Below are positions 1 through 12,000 of a stretch of DNA of 29,600 bases, one piece after another. The DNA is taken from NCBI GenBank assembly GCA_900756605.1, contig CAAEKX010000290.1, forward strand, positions 1 through 29,600, written 5' to 3'. Positions within the stretch are counted from its first letter, which is position 1, and each line of letters begins with the position of its first letter. Made by a program: the position numbers and the translations under genes. The DNA is from Coriobacteriia bacterium (GTDB taxonomy: Bacteria; Actinomycetota; Coriobacteriia; Coriobacteriales; QAMH01). The notes below the pieces were generated by a model. It did not search any database, was not told where the DNA came from, and worked only from the letters and a program-made list of their open reading frames with translations.

Positions 1-1
1 G

Positions 2-3000
2 ACCGGCATAGTAGCCATCGGAGTTCTCGAACCAGGACGCCAGCGACGTCGGATGCAGACGCGATCCGGTTTGCATGCTCGTGGCCACGTGGACGATGGA
101 GCCGGCGCCAAGCACTTCCTTCCAGGGCATGTAGGGTCCGGTCTCGGTCACGTCGATGCTCTTGGTGGTGGAGGTCTCGACGTTATCGACGCCAAGCAGC
201 AGCGTGCCGGCCGGGTAGGTGGTGCCCTTGTACTCGGTCTCATCGACGAAGTAGCGCCACCAGGCGGCATCGTTGCTGGGGAAGCGGCCACCGACGTGCT
301 CGGTCTGCCAGACATAGGTCTGCTTGCCGATGTTGTTGGTCGAGTCGTTGCCAACACCGCCGAAGCCCTCCGGATAGCGATTCACGAGATTGGAGGTGGT
401 GCCCCACCAGTCGGGGTCATCGGCGGTGACGTTGATCCAGGCACCGAGAACACCCTGGTGGGCCTTGAGGCCAGAATTGGTGAGGTAGTTATATTGGTTG
501 AGGGTGAGCTTCTCGAGCGTCGTATTCAGCGCGAACATGTTGTTCGTGCTCTGGCAATCCCTGAAGTCAAGACCCGTGGCGTCAAACTCCTTGAGGGACT
601 GGAAATTGCCAGAGACGAGCTCAAGAGCCCAGGCGTAGGCGTTGGACTGACCGTTGCTTACATAGCTTTCCCATTCGTTGGCGGTATACCAACCCCATTT
701 GTCTTGTGCATCGTTTCTGTGCCACTGGGAAAGGCCGCGTGATTGATCGCCATACCAAAGATCAAGAGCAAGTGCGGCATTGGCATACGGCATGATAACG
801 ACGCGGTTGAAGCCAGAGGTCGAGAAATTGCGAAGGTAGAAGAAGCGATTGATATTCGCATCGGTTCCATAGGTTATATAAGCGCCACTACCCACATTTC
901 GCAACGTGTAGTACTTGGTGCCATTGCTGGTGGTTCCTGCATGCCTGATATCCCAAAGAGCGTTGGTGTCGTTTCTGTTGGTGGTTAAGCTTCCGTCACC
1001 AATATATTTCAGCAGTGATGCGGTGCTATGGTTGAAATAGTGGATGTAGTAACGGCCGTCGATGAAATCATAGGAATAAGGATTTGCTGCAAACCAGCCG
1101 GTCATATCAGTCGGGGCAAGATGGCCGCAGGTGATGACCGTCTCAATCTTGGTCGTGTCGATAATATCCTTCCACGGCAGGTTGTTGGCCGTGCAAGTAA
1201 CCTTTTGAGGTGCGTCAGCGCTGCTATTCACGCTACCCAGGTAGAGCGTGTTGGTCTCGGAGTCGTAGGCCCACCAGGCATCGGCGTTTCCGACGAAGTG
1301 ACCGCCCTTGCCCGGCGTCCATATGAACTCGACCCGCGTGCCGTAGATGCTGCCATTACCAGCGGTGTCAAAGCGCGTCGCAAGACCGGCGCTCGTCTCG
1401 AACCAGGTGTGGTCAAAGAGCGTGTTGCCCTCGGAAGCATCGGTGCGCCACATGCCGGAGTTCGGGTCACGACCGGTGATGCTGTCAAATCCCGTGCCCT
1501 GGAGCGCGGAGTTTGCACCCACGACGATCTTCTTGAGGGAGGTGCAACCCTTGAACATATTCGCATATCCGGTGAGGATGGGGATGTCATTGCCCTCGTC
1601 GTCCGTTCCAGAGGAGCCAAAGGTCGTCTCGCGCATATCCCAACCGGCGATGTCCACTTCCTCGAGCTTGGAGTCACCCTCGAAGAGGCTCTCGAAGCTC
1701 AGGGTGTTCTTGGTGTCCATACCGGCGCCGTCAAAGGTGACGAGGCTCGTGTAGCCGGCAAACCAGTTCGCGAGGTTGACGGGGTTGATCTTGGTGCCAG
1801 TGGCATCGTCGATGACGGTGACGACGTGGAGCACCGAGCTACGGGCGACGGAAGGCAGCCACGGCAGCCAGGGTTCCTGGCCAGGTGTGATGGTGACGCG
1901 GTTGCTGACGGTGCCGTCGTTGTTGAGGTCTGCAACGCCCATGATGAGCGTGCCGGGCTGGTAGGTCACGCCGTTGTAGACGGTTTCCTCGGCAAAGTAG
2001 CGCCACCAGAAGTCGGGGTTCTGGTCTGCGCTGTTATGGAGTTCCCAGGTGTAGGTGATGATACCGGCGGGCTTGCTGCCGTTCTTCATGTACTTGGCAA
2101 GCAGGTCGGCATTGGTGCCGCGGAAGTTCGCATCGGCGGAGCTCAGCCACTGACCGGCGAAGTCCACGTGGGACGCGATGCCCTCGAAGCCCGTGCCTTC
2201 GAGAATGGTGGTGGGGCCCAGGATGAGCTCGTTGAGGGCGATGTCACCACGCTCGTGGTCGGTAACCGACGGGAGCGGATTGACATCGAGGAGGTCCTGG
2301 ATGTTGAGACCCGGCTTGGTGAGGTCCCACCTGGAGAGGTTGAGCAACTGGAGTTTGTAGTCGCCCTGGAACATCCCGGAGATGTCGGTGGCACCCGAGA
2401 TGTCAAGTTGTTCGGCCTCGATGTTGGTCAGAGCAACGTAGTTCTGGAACCACTTCGAGGGGTTCATGATCCTGATGACGGTGTCGTCACCATCGACGAA
2501 CACCTTCTCGATCATGGAGGTGATGTCTTTGCCCTTGGGCATGTCTGGCGGTGCGAGGCTACCCCACGGAAGCTGGTTGTAAAGCTCCTGGACCTCGTTG
2601 GACTCGTTGGGCTTCTCAAGGCCGAGCGTCAGGGTGTGCTCGGACATGTCGTAGCGCCACCAGACGTTATTGTTGCTGTCGAAGCGGCCCTGGATGATGG
2701 CATAGAAGTAATAGTCATCGTTGGCGTACATGTTGCCGCTGGCCGGATAATGCGCGGCAAGGATGGCGGAGCCATCGTACCAGGTCCTGTCCTCGTTGAA
2801 CCACGTACCCTTCTCCTGGCCATGGTCGACCAAGTTGGCAAGTCCGGTGCCCTCGAGAACGGTGGTGGGGCCCGTCTTGATGTGGTAGAGCGAGCGGCAC
2901 CCGGCGAGCATGTCGGTCACGTTCTTGCCAACCATCTGCCAGGTGGACAGGTCGAGGTCCTTCAGGGACGTGCAGTTACGGAACATCTCGGCAAAGGTGG

Positions 3001-6000
3001 TGACGGAGCTCGTGTCCCACTTCCCTATCGGCATCTGGTCAACGATGCTCGATGCGCCCTTGAACATGGCCGAAAGATCGGTGACCTTGGAGACGTCCCA
3101 GTCAGCCAGCGGCGTGAGGTCGGTGATGGAGGCGCAGCCCTCGAACATGGAGGCCATGGTCGTTGCCTGGGAAACGTTCCACGCGGCAAGACGGTCCAGG
3201 CTCTCCTGGTTGAGGGCGGCATTGCCCGAGAACATGCCCGAGAAATCCGTGACCTTATCGGTATGCCAGCTGTCGGTACCGACGAGGTTGGTCAGCAATG
3301 CGTCGCCCTTGAACATGTCCTTGAGCGACGTGGCGTTGTTGACATCCATGTTGGTGGCGTCGAAGTCGGTGAGCTTGATGTAGTCGGCAAACCACGCCTC
3401 GGGGAAGGTGATGTTGAGGCCACCCAAGCTGGATGCCGTCACCGTGTTGACGGTGGTCAGCTCGGACTTGACCGTGGGACGCGCCGCAAGCCAGGGAAGG
3501 TCGGCCGCGACGAAGTTCACCGAGTTGGAGCGGTCGGTACCCAAGGTGAGCGTCTCGAAGCTGCCGTTATCGTCCTCGTCGGTGAGCTTCCACCAGCTCA
3601 CGTCGTTAGGCTCGAAACGGCCGCCAAGAACATCGCCGTTCCAGATGTACGTGAGCGTATCGTCAAAGACCTCGTCAGACGCCGAGCGCGGCCAGAGCGG
3701 ATAGCGCATGCTCAGGCGCTCGGAGCAATCGAACCAGGTTCCATCGGCAAGCTCCCACATGCCCTGGGTGCGTGCGCGACTCGCGAGCGTGTCGTCAAGA
3801 CCGCTTCCGACGAGCGCAACATCGCCGGCCACGGTGAGCGAGGCGATGGAGCTGCAGCCGGAGAGCATGTTCTTGAGCGCGTCGGTCGACTGGGCCGAAA
3901 TCATATGCCATCCGGAGATGTCGAGAGCGGCGAGGCTCGAGCAGTTCTCGAACATGGAGGCGAAGTTGGTTACCTGGACGACACTCCACTTCTGCATGCC
4001 GCTGATATTCGTGAGCTTGGTGCAATCCTTGAACATCTTGCTCAGGTCGGTAGCCGAGCCGACGTCCATGCCACTGGCCTCGATATCGTGCAGCGCGGTG
4101 TAGCCCTCGAACCAGGAGCTGGGGTTCTGCACGACCAACGGGCGGTTGACGTCAAAGGTCCAGGTCTTGAGCGAGGTTATGGTGGTCTTTGCGCGGGCGG
4201 CGGAGATCGCGGGGTCGGAATTGTAGACCAGCAACCAGGGAAGTTCCGCGGCAAGCGTCTCGACGTTGGGGTTCCTCAGGGACTCGTCGGACTCGTTGAT
4301 ACCGATGGTCAGGGTCTCGAAGCTACCGTTGCCGTCCTCGTCGGTGAGCCTCCACCACTTGGAGCCGTCGGGCGTGAAGCGACCGCCGCGGACGGTGGAG
4401 TTCCAGCGATAGGTGATCTTGTCGGTGAACGAGCTGCGACGCGGATAGCGTCCCGCCAGACGATCCGAGCAGTCGTACCAGGAACCATCGGGAATCTCCC
4501 AGACACCGTCCCAGCGGGCACGACCGGCGAGGGTGTCACCCAGACCGCTGCCCATGAGGACCGAGTTGCCGGAAGCAATGATGGTGTTGATGGCCGTGCA
4601 TCCGGCAATCATGTCCTTCATGCCAAGATACTCGCCGTCGGAAACGGTGGCGAGCTGCATGTTCCAGCCGGAGACATCGAGCGTGGTGAGAGCCGTGCAA
4701 CCCTTGAACATCGAGGTGAAGTCGGTGACGTGGCCCGTGTTCCAGCTCGTGAGGGCGCTATTGTCCTGGAGGGCGATGCAGTTTTGGAACATGCCGGTCA
4801 TGAACCTTGCGCTCGAGGTGTTCCAGGTACTAATGCGGGCCAGGTTGGAGAGGCTCGGGCAATCCTTGAACATGTAGGCAAAGTTCTCGACCTTGGCGGT
4901 GTTCCAGGCGGCGGTGCCCTGCACCGTGGAGAGCTTAACGTCACCCTCGAAGAAGCCCTCGAGAGTCTTGGTGTTGGAGGGGTCGAGACCCGTGCCGTCG
5001 AAGGAGGTGACGAAGAAATACGCAGGGTTGGTGCAGAGGATAAGGTCGTTGACGGTAAGAGCTGCATAGGTACCATCCCTGACGCCATCGAGCTGCATGT
5101 TGAAATAATAGTTACCCGGCGTCGCAACCGTAAACTGGATGACAACTTCTCTAGTACCACTTACGGGAAGAGTGACATAGGAGTTCGGGGCCACGAGAGC
5201 TCCAGTGTTCACACCGCCATAAGCCATTCCGGAGATGGACTTGACGATTTCAAAATGCACAGGATAGCTGCCCGTCAGGCTATAGTTGAAGATAAGCGTA
5301 TAGGTTCCTGCCTCCATGGCGATTGGCGTGTACATAACGGCAACGCCACCAGCACCGGTAATGCCAATGGTATTGCCGTTGATCGTTCGGTTAAAGGAGC
5401 TGTACGACCAGTTACCAAAAGCAGGCAGATCGATATTTTTGCTATCAATTTTGGTGGTCGAGAACCAGTAGGAAGCATCCTCGGGCAGCTGCAGTTGGCC
5501 ATGTGAGGTGATGGATGTAGCAAGGCCAACGGTCCAGACATCACGCCAAGGCAGCTCATCGTAGTGCTCGGTCACGGCAACCGCACCGATACCATCGGTA
5601 CCCAGGTCAAGCGTCTTGGTCGCCTTGATGTACTTCCACCAGGCTTGCTCGTTGCTTGGGAAACGACCACCCAGGAAGCTGCCGTCCCACGTGTAGATGC
5701 GGTCGGCGCCGCGTGTGTTGCCGCCAAACGGATACAGGGCGGTCAGGTACGCGGAGCGGTCAAACCACAGGCCGTCGGCGCGTACCCAGGTGCCGTCAAG
5801 TTTGGTACGGCCCTCGAGGGTATCGTCAAGGCCGGCGCCTTCGAGCACGCTCGTATTGCTGAGCATGAGCTGGTTAATGGCGGTGCAACCGGAGAGCATG
5901 CCGGCAACCGTGGTGGCCTTGGTCATGTCCCATCCGGCAAGGTTGAGCGAGACGAGCGCCGTATCCCCGGCAAACACCCTGGAGAAATCGGTGACGGAAC

Positions 6001-9000
6001 TCGTATCCCAATATGCAACGGCATCGTTGTTCTTCAGGTTCGTGCAACCTGCGAACATGTTTGCAAGCGTGGTCGCCGACGAAGTGTTCCACTCATCGAC
6101 ACCCGTAATCGTGGTGAGCGCCCGGTCATTCTGGAACATGCCCGAAAGGTCGGTCGCGCCCGTCACGTTCATATCCGTACCATCGAAGCTCGTAAGGCCC
6201 GTATGGTTGGCAAACCAATTGGCGGGGTTTTGCAGAATGGTAGAGCCGTTGGTATTGACGGACAGCACGTTTGCCAGGCCGGGGATGTCCTTCCAGGGAA
6301 GCTGATCGGCAGTCTCGGTAATGGTCTTGTTTGAACCACTGTCAGAGCCAATGGTCAAAAGCTTGCTTGCCTTGACGTAGGTCCACCAGGTGTTCTGGTT
6401 GGCAAAGCGACCACCAAGCGTCGTGCCGTCCCAGGTGTAGACAAGTGCATTTCCGAGGGTGTTTCCGCTCGCGCCATAGCGGGCCTTCATATCCGTGCAA
6501 TCGCCAAACCATGTGTAGTTGGGCAGGTACCAGCGGCCATCGGAATCCGTACGGGTGCTGATGGCATCGAGTCCGGCACCAGCCAGCACGGACTTGGGAC
6601 CAAGCGTCATCTTGGAAAGCGAGGTGGCACCGGCAAGCATGTTGGCAAGGCTGGGAGCACCGCTCACGACATCCCATCCGGAGAAATCAACGGTTGTGAG
6701 ATGATTATCGTTTTGGAACATCGATGCCAGCGTCGTGGCAGAGGCAAAATCCCAGCCCTTGATTGCCGATGCATCGACAAGGCCCGTTCCCACGACCTGA
6801 CCCTTGTCGTTAAGGGCCTGGGCAAACATGTACGAGAAATCCTGCACATTTGAGACATTCCAACGCGCGATACCAGCCAAGGAGGCAAGCGAATCGCAAT
6901 CGTAGAACATCCGCGAAAGCGTTGTCGCGTTTGCGAGGTTCCAGTTGGTGATGCCGACGAGGTCTGTCAGCGCCGTGCAGCCCGCAAACATCTTGGAGAA
7001 GTCAGTGGCCAGGCCGGGGTTCATGGAACCGCCCTCGAAGCGCTGGATGAAGTTGTAGTTCTCGAACCACGAGGCGGGATTGAGCGGCGCGGCATCGTTG
7101 CGGAACACAACGGCCTTCATGTTGTCGTGGAACAGCTTGTACTGATAGAGGCGCCAGGGAAGCTCGGTTGCCAGCTCGGGGATCGTAAGATCCGTAGCAC
7201 CGGCATCGATACCGATGGTGAGCGTACCTGTGGGCTTGTCGAAGGTCCACCAGGCGCTCGGGTTCTTGATGAAGTGGCCGCCGGGGCTATCCTCCTGCCA
7301 ATCATAGGTGAGGGTACCGGCAAGCTGGCTTCCCAAGGTGTAGCGCTCGGCTAGGCGCTGGGTGCCGTCATACCACACGCCGCCGCGTAGCTGCCAACGT
7401 CCGTCGTAGGCGTTGCGGTCGGTAAGGGTGTCATCGAAGCCCGTGTAGGTGGTCGTGCTGCCATTGGTCACGGCAAGAACGTTGTGCTCGCCAAAGACAA
7501 CCGTCACGAGGTTCTTGCATCCCGTGAACATATTTGCAAGGTTGGTGGCAGCCTCCATGTTCCACGTGGAAATATTGAGCGTCTGCATATCCGCGCAATT
7601 CTGGAACATACCCGAGAAGTTCTGGACGGTGCTGACGTTCCAGGGTGTGAGCTCGACATCCGTGAGCTTGGTGTTGGCGAACATGCCCGAAACGTTGATA
7701 GCACTCGAGGTATCCCAAACGCGAATGTCATTCAGGGACGTAAGACCAACGGCACCATTGAACATGTTGGAGAAATCAGTGACGTTGCTGACATTCCAGT
7801 TGCGCAGGAACGAAAGCTCGGTTAGCGAAGAGGTGTTCCAGAAAGCACCGGACATGTCCGTGATATTGGTGGTATTGAGCCAGTACTCGATGCCGGAAAG
7901 CGTCGTGAGCTTGACGTCACCACGGAAGAGGTCCTTGATGGAATACAGCGTATCGCCCCAGGCGTCGATACCGGCGACCGTCTCGAGCGACGTACAACCC
8001 ATGAACAGGCCCTCAATCGAATGATCGACCGCCATCGAAAGGTCAAGGCCGGAGCCATCAAAATCAACAAGGGCGGTGTAATCCTTGAACCACTTGGAGG
8101 GATTGATGAGCTTGATGCCACCAGTGATGACGATGCTCTGGATGTCCTTTCCAGTGAAGATCGAGGCCCACGGCAGCTCGTCCCACCTGTCCTCGATCTC
8201 GTAGTTATAAGTGCCGTCCTCCTCGGCCTCGATATCCGAAGTGCCGATGAGCAGGGTGTGCGAGGTCTTGTCGTAGCGCCACCAGGCGTTCTCGATGCCA
8301 GCGCCGTACTGGAAGCGGCCGCCAGGCATGGTATCCCACGTGTACAGGTAGATTTGCTGATACTTGGGGCCTTCGGGGGCAAACGGGTAGATGGCCGCAA
8401 GGTTGCTGGAACTATCATACCAGCGACCATCCTCACGTAGCCACTTACCATCAGCCACGCCATGATCGGCAAGGCTGTTGGTGATGCCCGTGCCGGTGAG
8501 TGCGGACTTGAGGCCAAGGCGCAGCTTGGCGATGCTCTTGTTGTTGAGGAACATGCCCGTGATCGAAGGCGCAGTGAGCATGTCCCACCCGGAGACATCG
8601 ACGGCGAGCAGTGCCGTGTCACCATTGAACATGTTTTCAAGCGTTGCACCTGCAACTACCCAAGTGGCAATACCCTCGGCATTCACCAGGTCGAGGCAGG
8701 AAGCGAACATCGAGGAGAAGTCCGTGACCTTGGAGACGTTCCAGCAATCGCGCTCCACTCCGTCAATGGTGGCCGTATGCGGCTTGAGACGGTCGAGGGA
8801 AACAATCTTGGTATTGTAGAACATGCGGACCATGCTCGTAGCAGCAGAGGTATCCCAATCCATGACCTGCGTGAGATTGGCAAGCGCCTGGTTGTGGGCA
8901 AAGGCGCCTGAGAAGTTAGTCACGGAGGAAGTGTTCCAACCCGATATGCCGCTGAGGGGCAATGCGGTGTTGCCCTCGAAGATCGATGCGATGGACGTGA

Positions 9001-12000
9001 TGGCCGAAACATCCCAATTTTCAAGACCAGTAAGCGTGGTGAGCTTGGCGCTCGCAGTCGTCTTGAAGAACATCTTCTCGAGGCTCGTGGCCGTGGACGA
9101 AATCCTCAGCTGACTCGCGTCGATATTGGCAAGCTCGAGGTAGTCGGCAAACCAGCTCGCGGGGTTTTGCAGGGTGAGGCCATCAGTCGTCGTAACCTGG
9201 GTGCATATGGCCCTGATGTCGAGATTAGGCCAGGTGAGCCAAGGCTGTTGAGCGACGGTTTCGGTAACGATCTTGTCCTTGTAGTTGTCGCGCGGGCCGT
9301 GCAGGTCGAGCACCTTGGTGTCGCGATGGTATTCCCACCACGCCTTGAGGTTGGAGTCGAAGCGACCACCCACCTCGTTGAGCTTCCACTGATAAGTGCC
9401 TGCCATCTCTGCAGGGCCGATACCCGGACGCTCTCGATTTGATTTGTTGATCTCATCCCAGCTGCCGATCCAGTAGGGATCAGGCGCGGAGTTCTTCCAG
9501 ATGCCGGTCATGGTGAGCACGACGGTGGCGTTCCAACCGGAGCTCGTATAGCTACCATCCGTGTGGAAACGCACGTACATGTATTGCGCGGTGGTTGTAT
9601 AGCTTGGAGCCCCTCCGGTACTGCCAGACCAACGGTTGAGATAATAATTGCCGTTGGAATCCCATACGGAGACCCAGTCATAACCACGCTCGGTATAAAT
9701 ACCGTTATTAAAGGTCACGGAAATGGAGCTCGTCTTGCCGTTGCCATAGGTCCAGGTATGGTCGTAGCCATTATAGTAGCCGGGGTTGCCGAACTTCTGG
9801 TCGCCTTCGCGCTGCTGACCGTTCGAGGCAAGCTGGTAGGTCAAGGTGCGGGTGGGCTGATCGATGCCCTTGCCATCGTTGCAATAGGCATCGTAGCCAG
9901 GACCAAAGGTGACCTCGTCCAGATACTCGTCACGATAGAACATCTGAACGACGGTATCCGTGGCATCGATGGTCCAATTGCCCATGTCAACCTTGAGCAG
10001 CTTGCGCATGCCGCGGAACATGTAGTTGAAGTTGGTGGCAGAGCTCGTGTCCCAACTGCCCGTACCGGTGACGTACTGCAGTTGATTGACTCCGTCGAAC
10101 ATGCACTCAAAAGTGGTGACCTTGGAGACATCCCAGTTTGCCATGGAGGGCAGGGTGACAAGCACGCTGCAGTTCTGGAACATGCTCGACACGTTCGTGA
10201 GCGACGGGGTGTTCCAGGTGGCGGTACCAGCGATGGTGGTGAGCGCGGTGTCGTTTCGGAATGTCGAGGCGAAGCTCGTGACATCTTTGGTGTCGAGTCC
10301 GGCGCCGTCAAAGTTGGTGAGGCCTGTATGGCCATCAAACCAGCCGCCGAGAGACTTGGGGGCAAGACCGCCCGTGGTGTGAACCGTCAAGATGGAGGTG
10401 GTGTAGTTGGCAACGACCCTCCTCCAGGGCAAGTTTGCTGCAGTCGAGTCCGTCTCGTCGATGGACTTATCTGCATCCGCGCCGCCGTCTGCTCCCATGT
10501 GCAGTGCCTTCGTGGCCTTGACGTAATACCACCAGGCATTTTGGTTGCTCATGAAACGGCCGCCCAGGCGCGTGTCATCCCAAATATACGTGATCGTGCC
10601 CGCTGGTGGTGCGCGGCCTTGGTCATTTCCGGAATAGCGATCCGCGAGTCGCGAGGTGCAATCGAACCAGATCTCGTCGCCCTCGTCATTGGTGTAGAGC
10701 CACATGCCAGTCGTGGCCTCGAGGCCCGGCAGGCTGTTGGAAAGGCCGGAATCACCCAGGCGCACACCCTGGCCCAGGATGAGCTTGCGCAGGCCCTTGC
10801 AGTTTTGCAGCAGGTTGGCATGGGTGCCGTTTTCCATCACCCAGCTATGGATGTCGAGCTCGGTGATCTTGCCAAGACCAGCAAAGGCGTTATCGAAGCT
10901 GGTCACGTTGATGGTGTTCCACTCCCCCATGCCAGTGACGCTCGTCATGTTGATTGCGCCGTTATAGAGGTTGCGCAGCGAGATGAGCTTCTCGGTCGTG
11001 GCAGAGTCGGTGGGCCAGGTGACCGAGACAAGGGCGGTGCAGCCGTCGAAGGTGCTTTCCATGGACGTGACCAGCGAAAGGTCCAGACCACGGCCATCGA
11101 ATTTGGTGAGCTGCGTGTAGCCCTTGAACCAGCTCTCCAGTGTGTGCGGCGAGATGGTGCCGAGCTCCGGCGAGGAGACAAAGGAGGTCACGCGCGTATC
11201 AGGGTCGTTGTTCGGGTCTTCGATGAGCGAGCGCCAGGGCATGGTCACGGAACCATCGGCAGCCTCGAACTCGGTGACCTCGACGGAAAGCGTGGGGTCA
11301 TCAACGCCAACGGAAAGCTGGCCCTTGTTGTACTCCCACCAGACGTTCGTGTTCTCGAAACGGCCGCGCATGTAGCCTTCGAGGAACTTGTAGGTGACGG
11401 TGTAGTAGTTGTTGTGGGTCTCGGGATAACGTGCTGCGAGGTCTCCCGTGTTACCGATGAGCGAGTCGGCGAGGTTCTCGTACTCGTGCTCCTCGTCAAC
11501 GAGCTCGGCCCAGGTGCCGTTCTTGGGAAGGTGATCGGCGAGGGTGTTGTCGAAGCCCGAGTCCTTGGCCGGGCCATTGAGCACGACGCCATTGGAAACC
11601 TTGAGGTAGATGAGGTCTTGAAGGTTCTTGAACATGTCGGTAAAGATCGCATCGGACGGCATAAACCAGTGCGAATCGTCAACCGCGAGATGCAGGCGGG
11701 AGAGCCTGACGTCGTTGGCGAACATGCCCTCGAAGGTGCGTGCCGCATTGACCGTCCACCCAGCGATTGCCGTAAGGGTGGTGAGCGAGCGGAGCTCGGA
11801 GAAGGAATAGGCGAAGTCCGTAACCCTGCTCACGCCCCAGTCGGTGATGTTGTTGATGGTCGTGAGGTTGACGTCGTTATAGAAAAGCTTGTGCAAGCTC
11901 GTGCAATAGGCGGGGTTGAGGCCCGTGCCGTCAAAGGTCTTGAGGTTTGAGAGCCCCGCAAACCATCCGGTCATGTTGAGCGGAGCGATGCTGTTTTGGG

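Noticed and set aside
2..34. Possible fourth insert after WF at the window edge (WFENSDGYYAG)
   Set aside because: The next codon begins with C and could be Leu, restoring YxxL, so this is probably only a 4-aa loop extension; it cannot be resolved here.
1028..5506. 1492-aa + strand ORF (also 53..742, 5564..6334, 9563..11950, 11996..16114, 16139..16918)
   Set aside because: All share the codon register of the giant minus-strand gene and have unnatural V/G/H/L/E-rich composition; they are antisense shadows.
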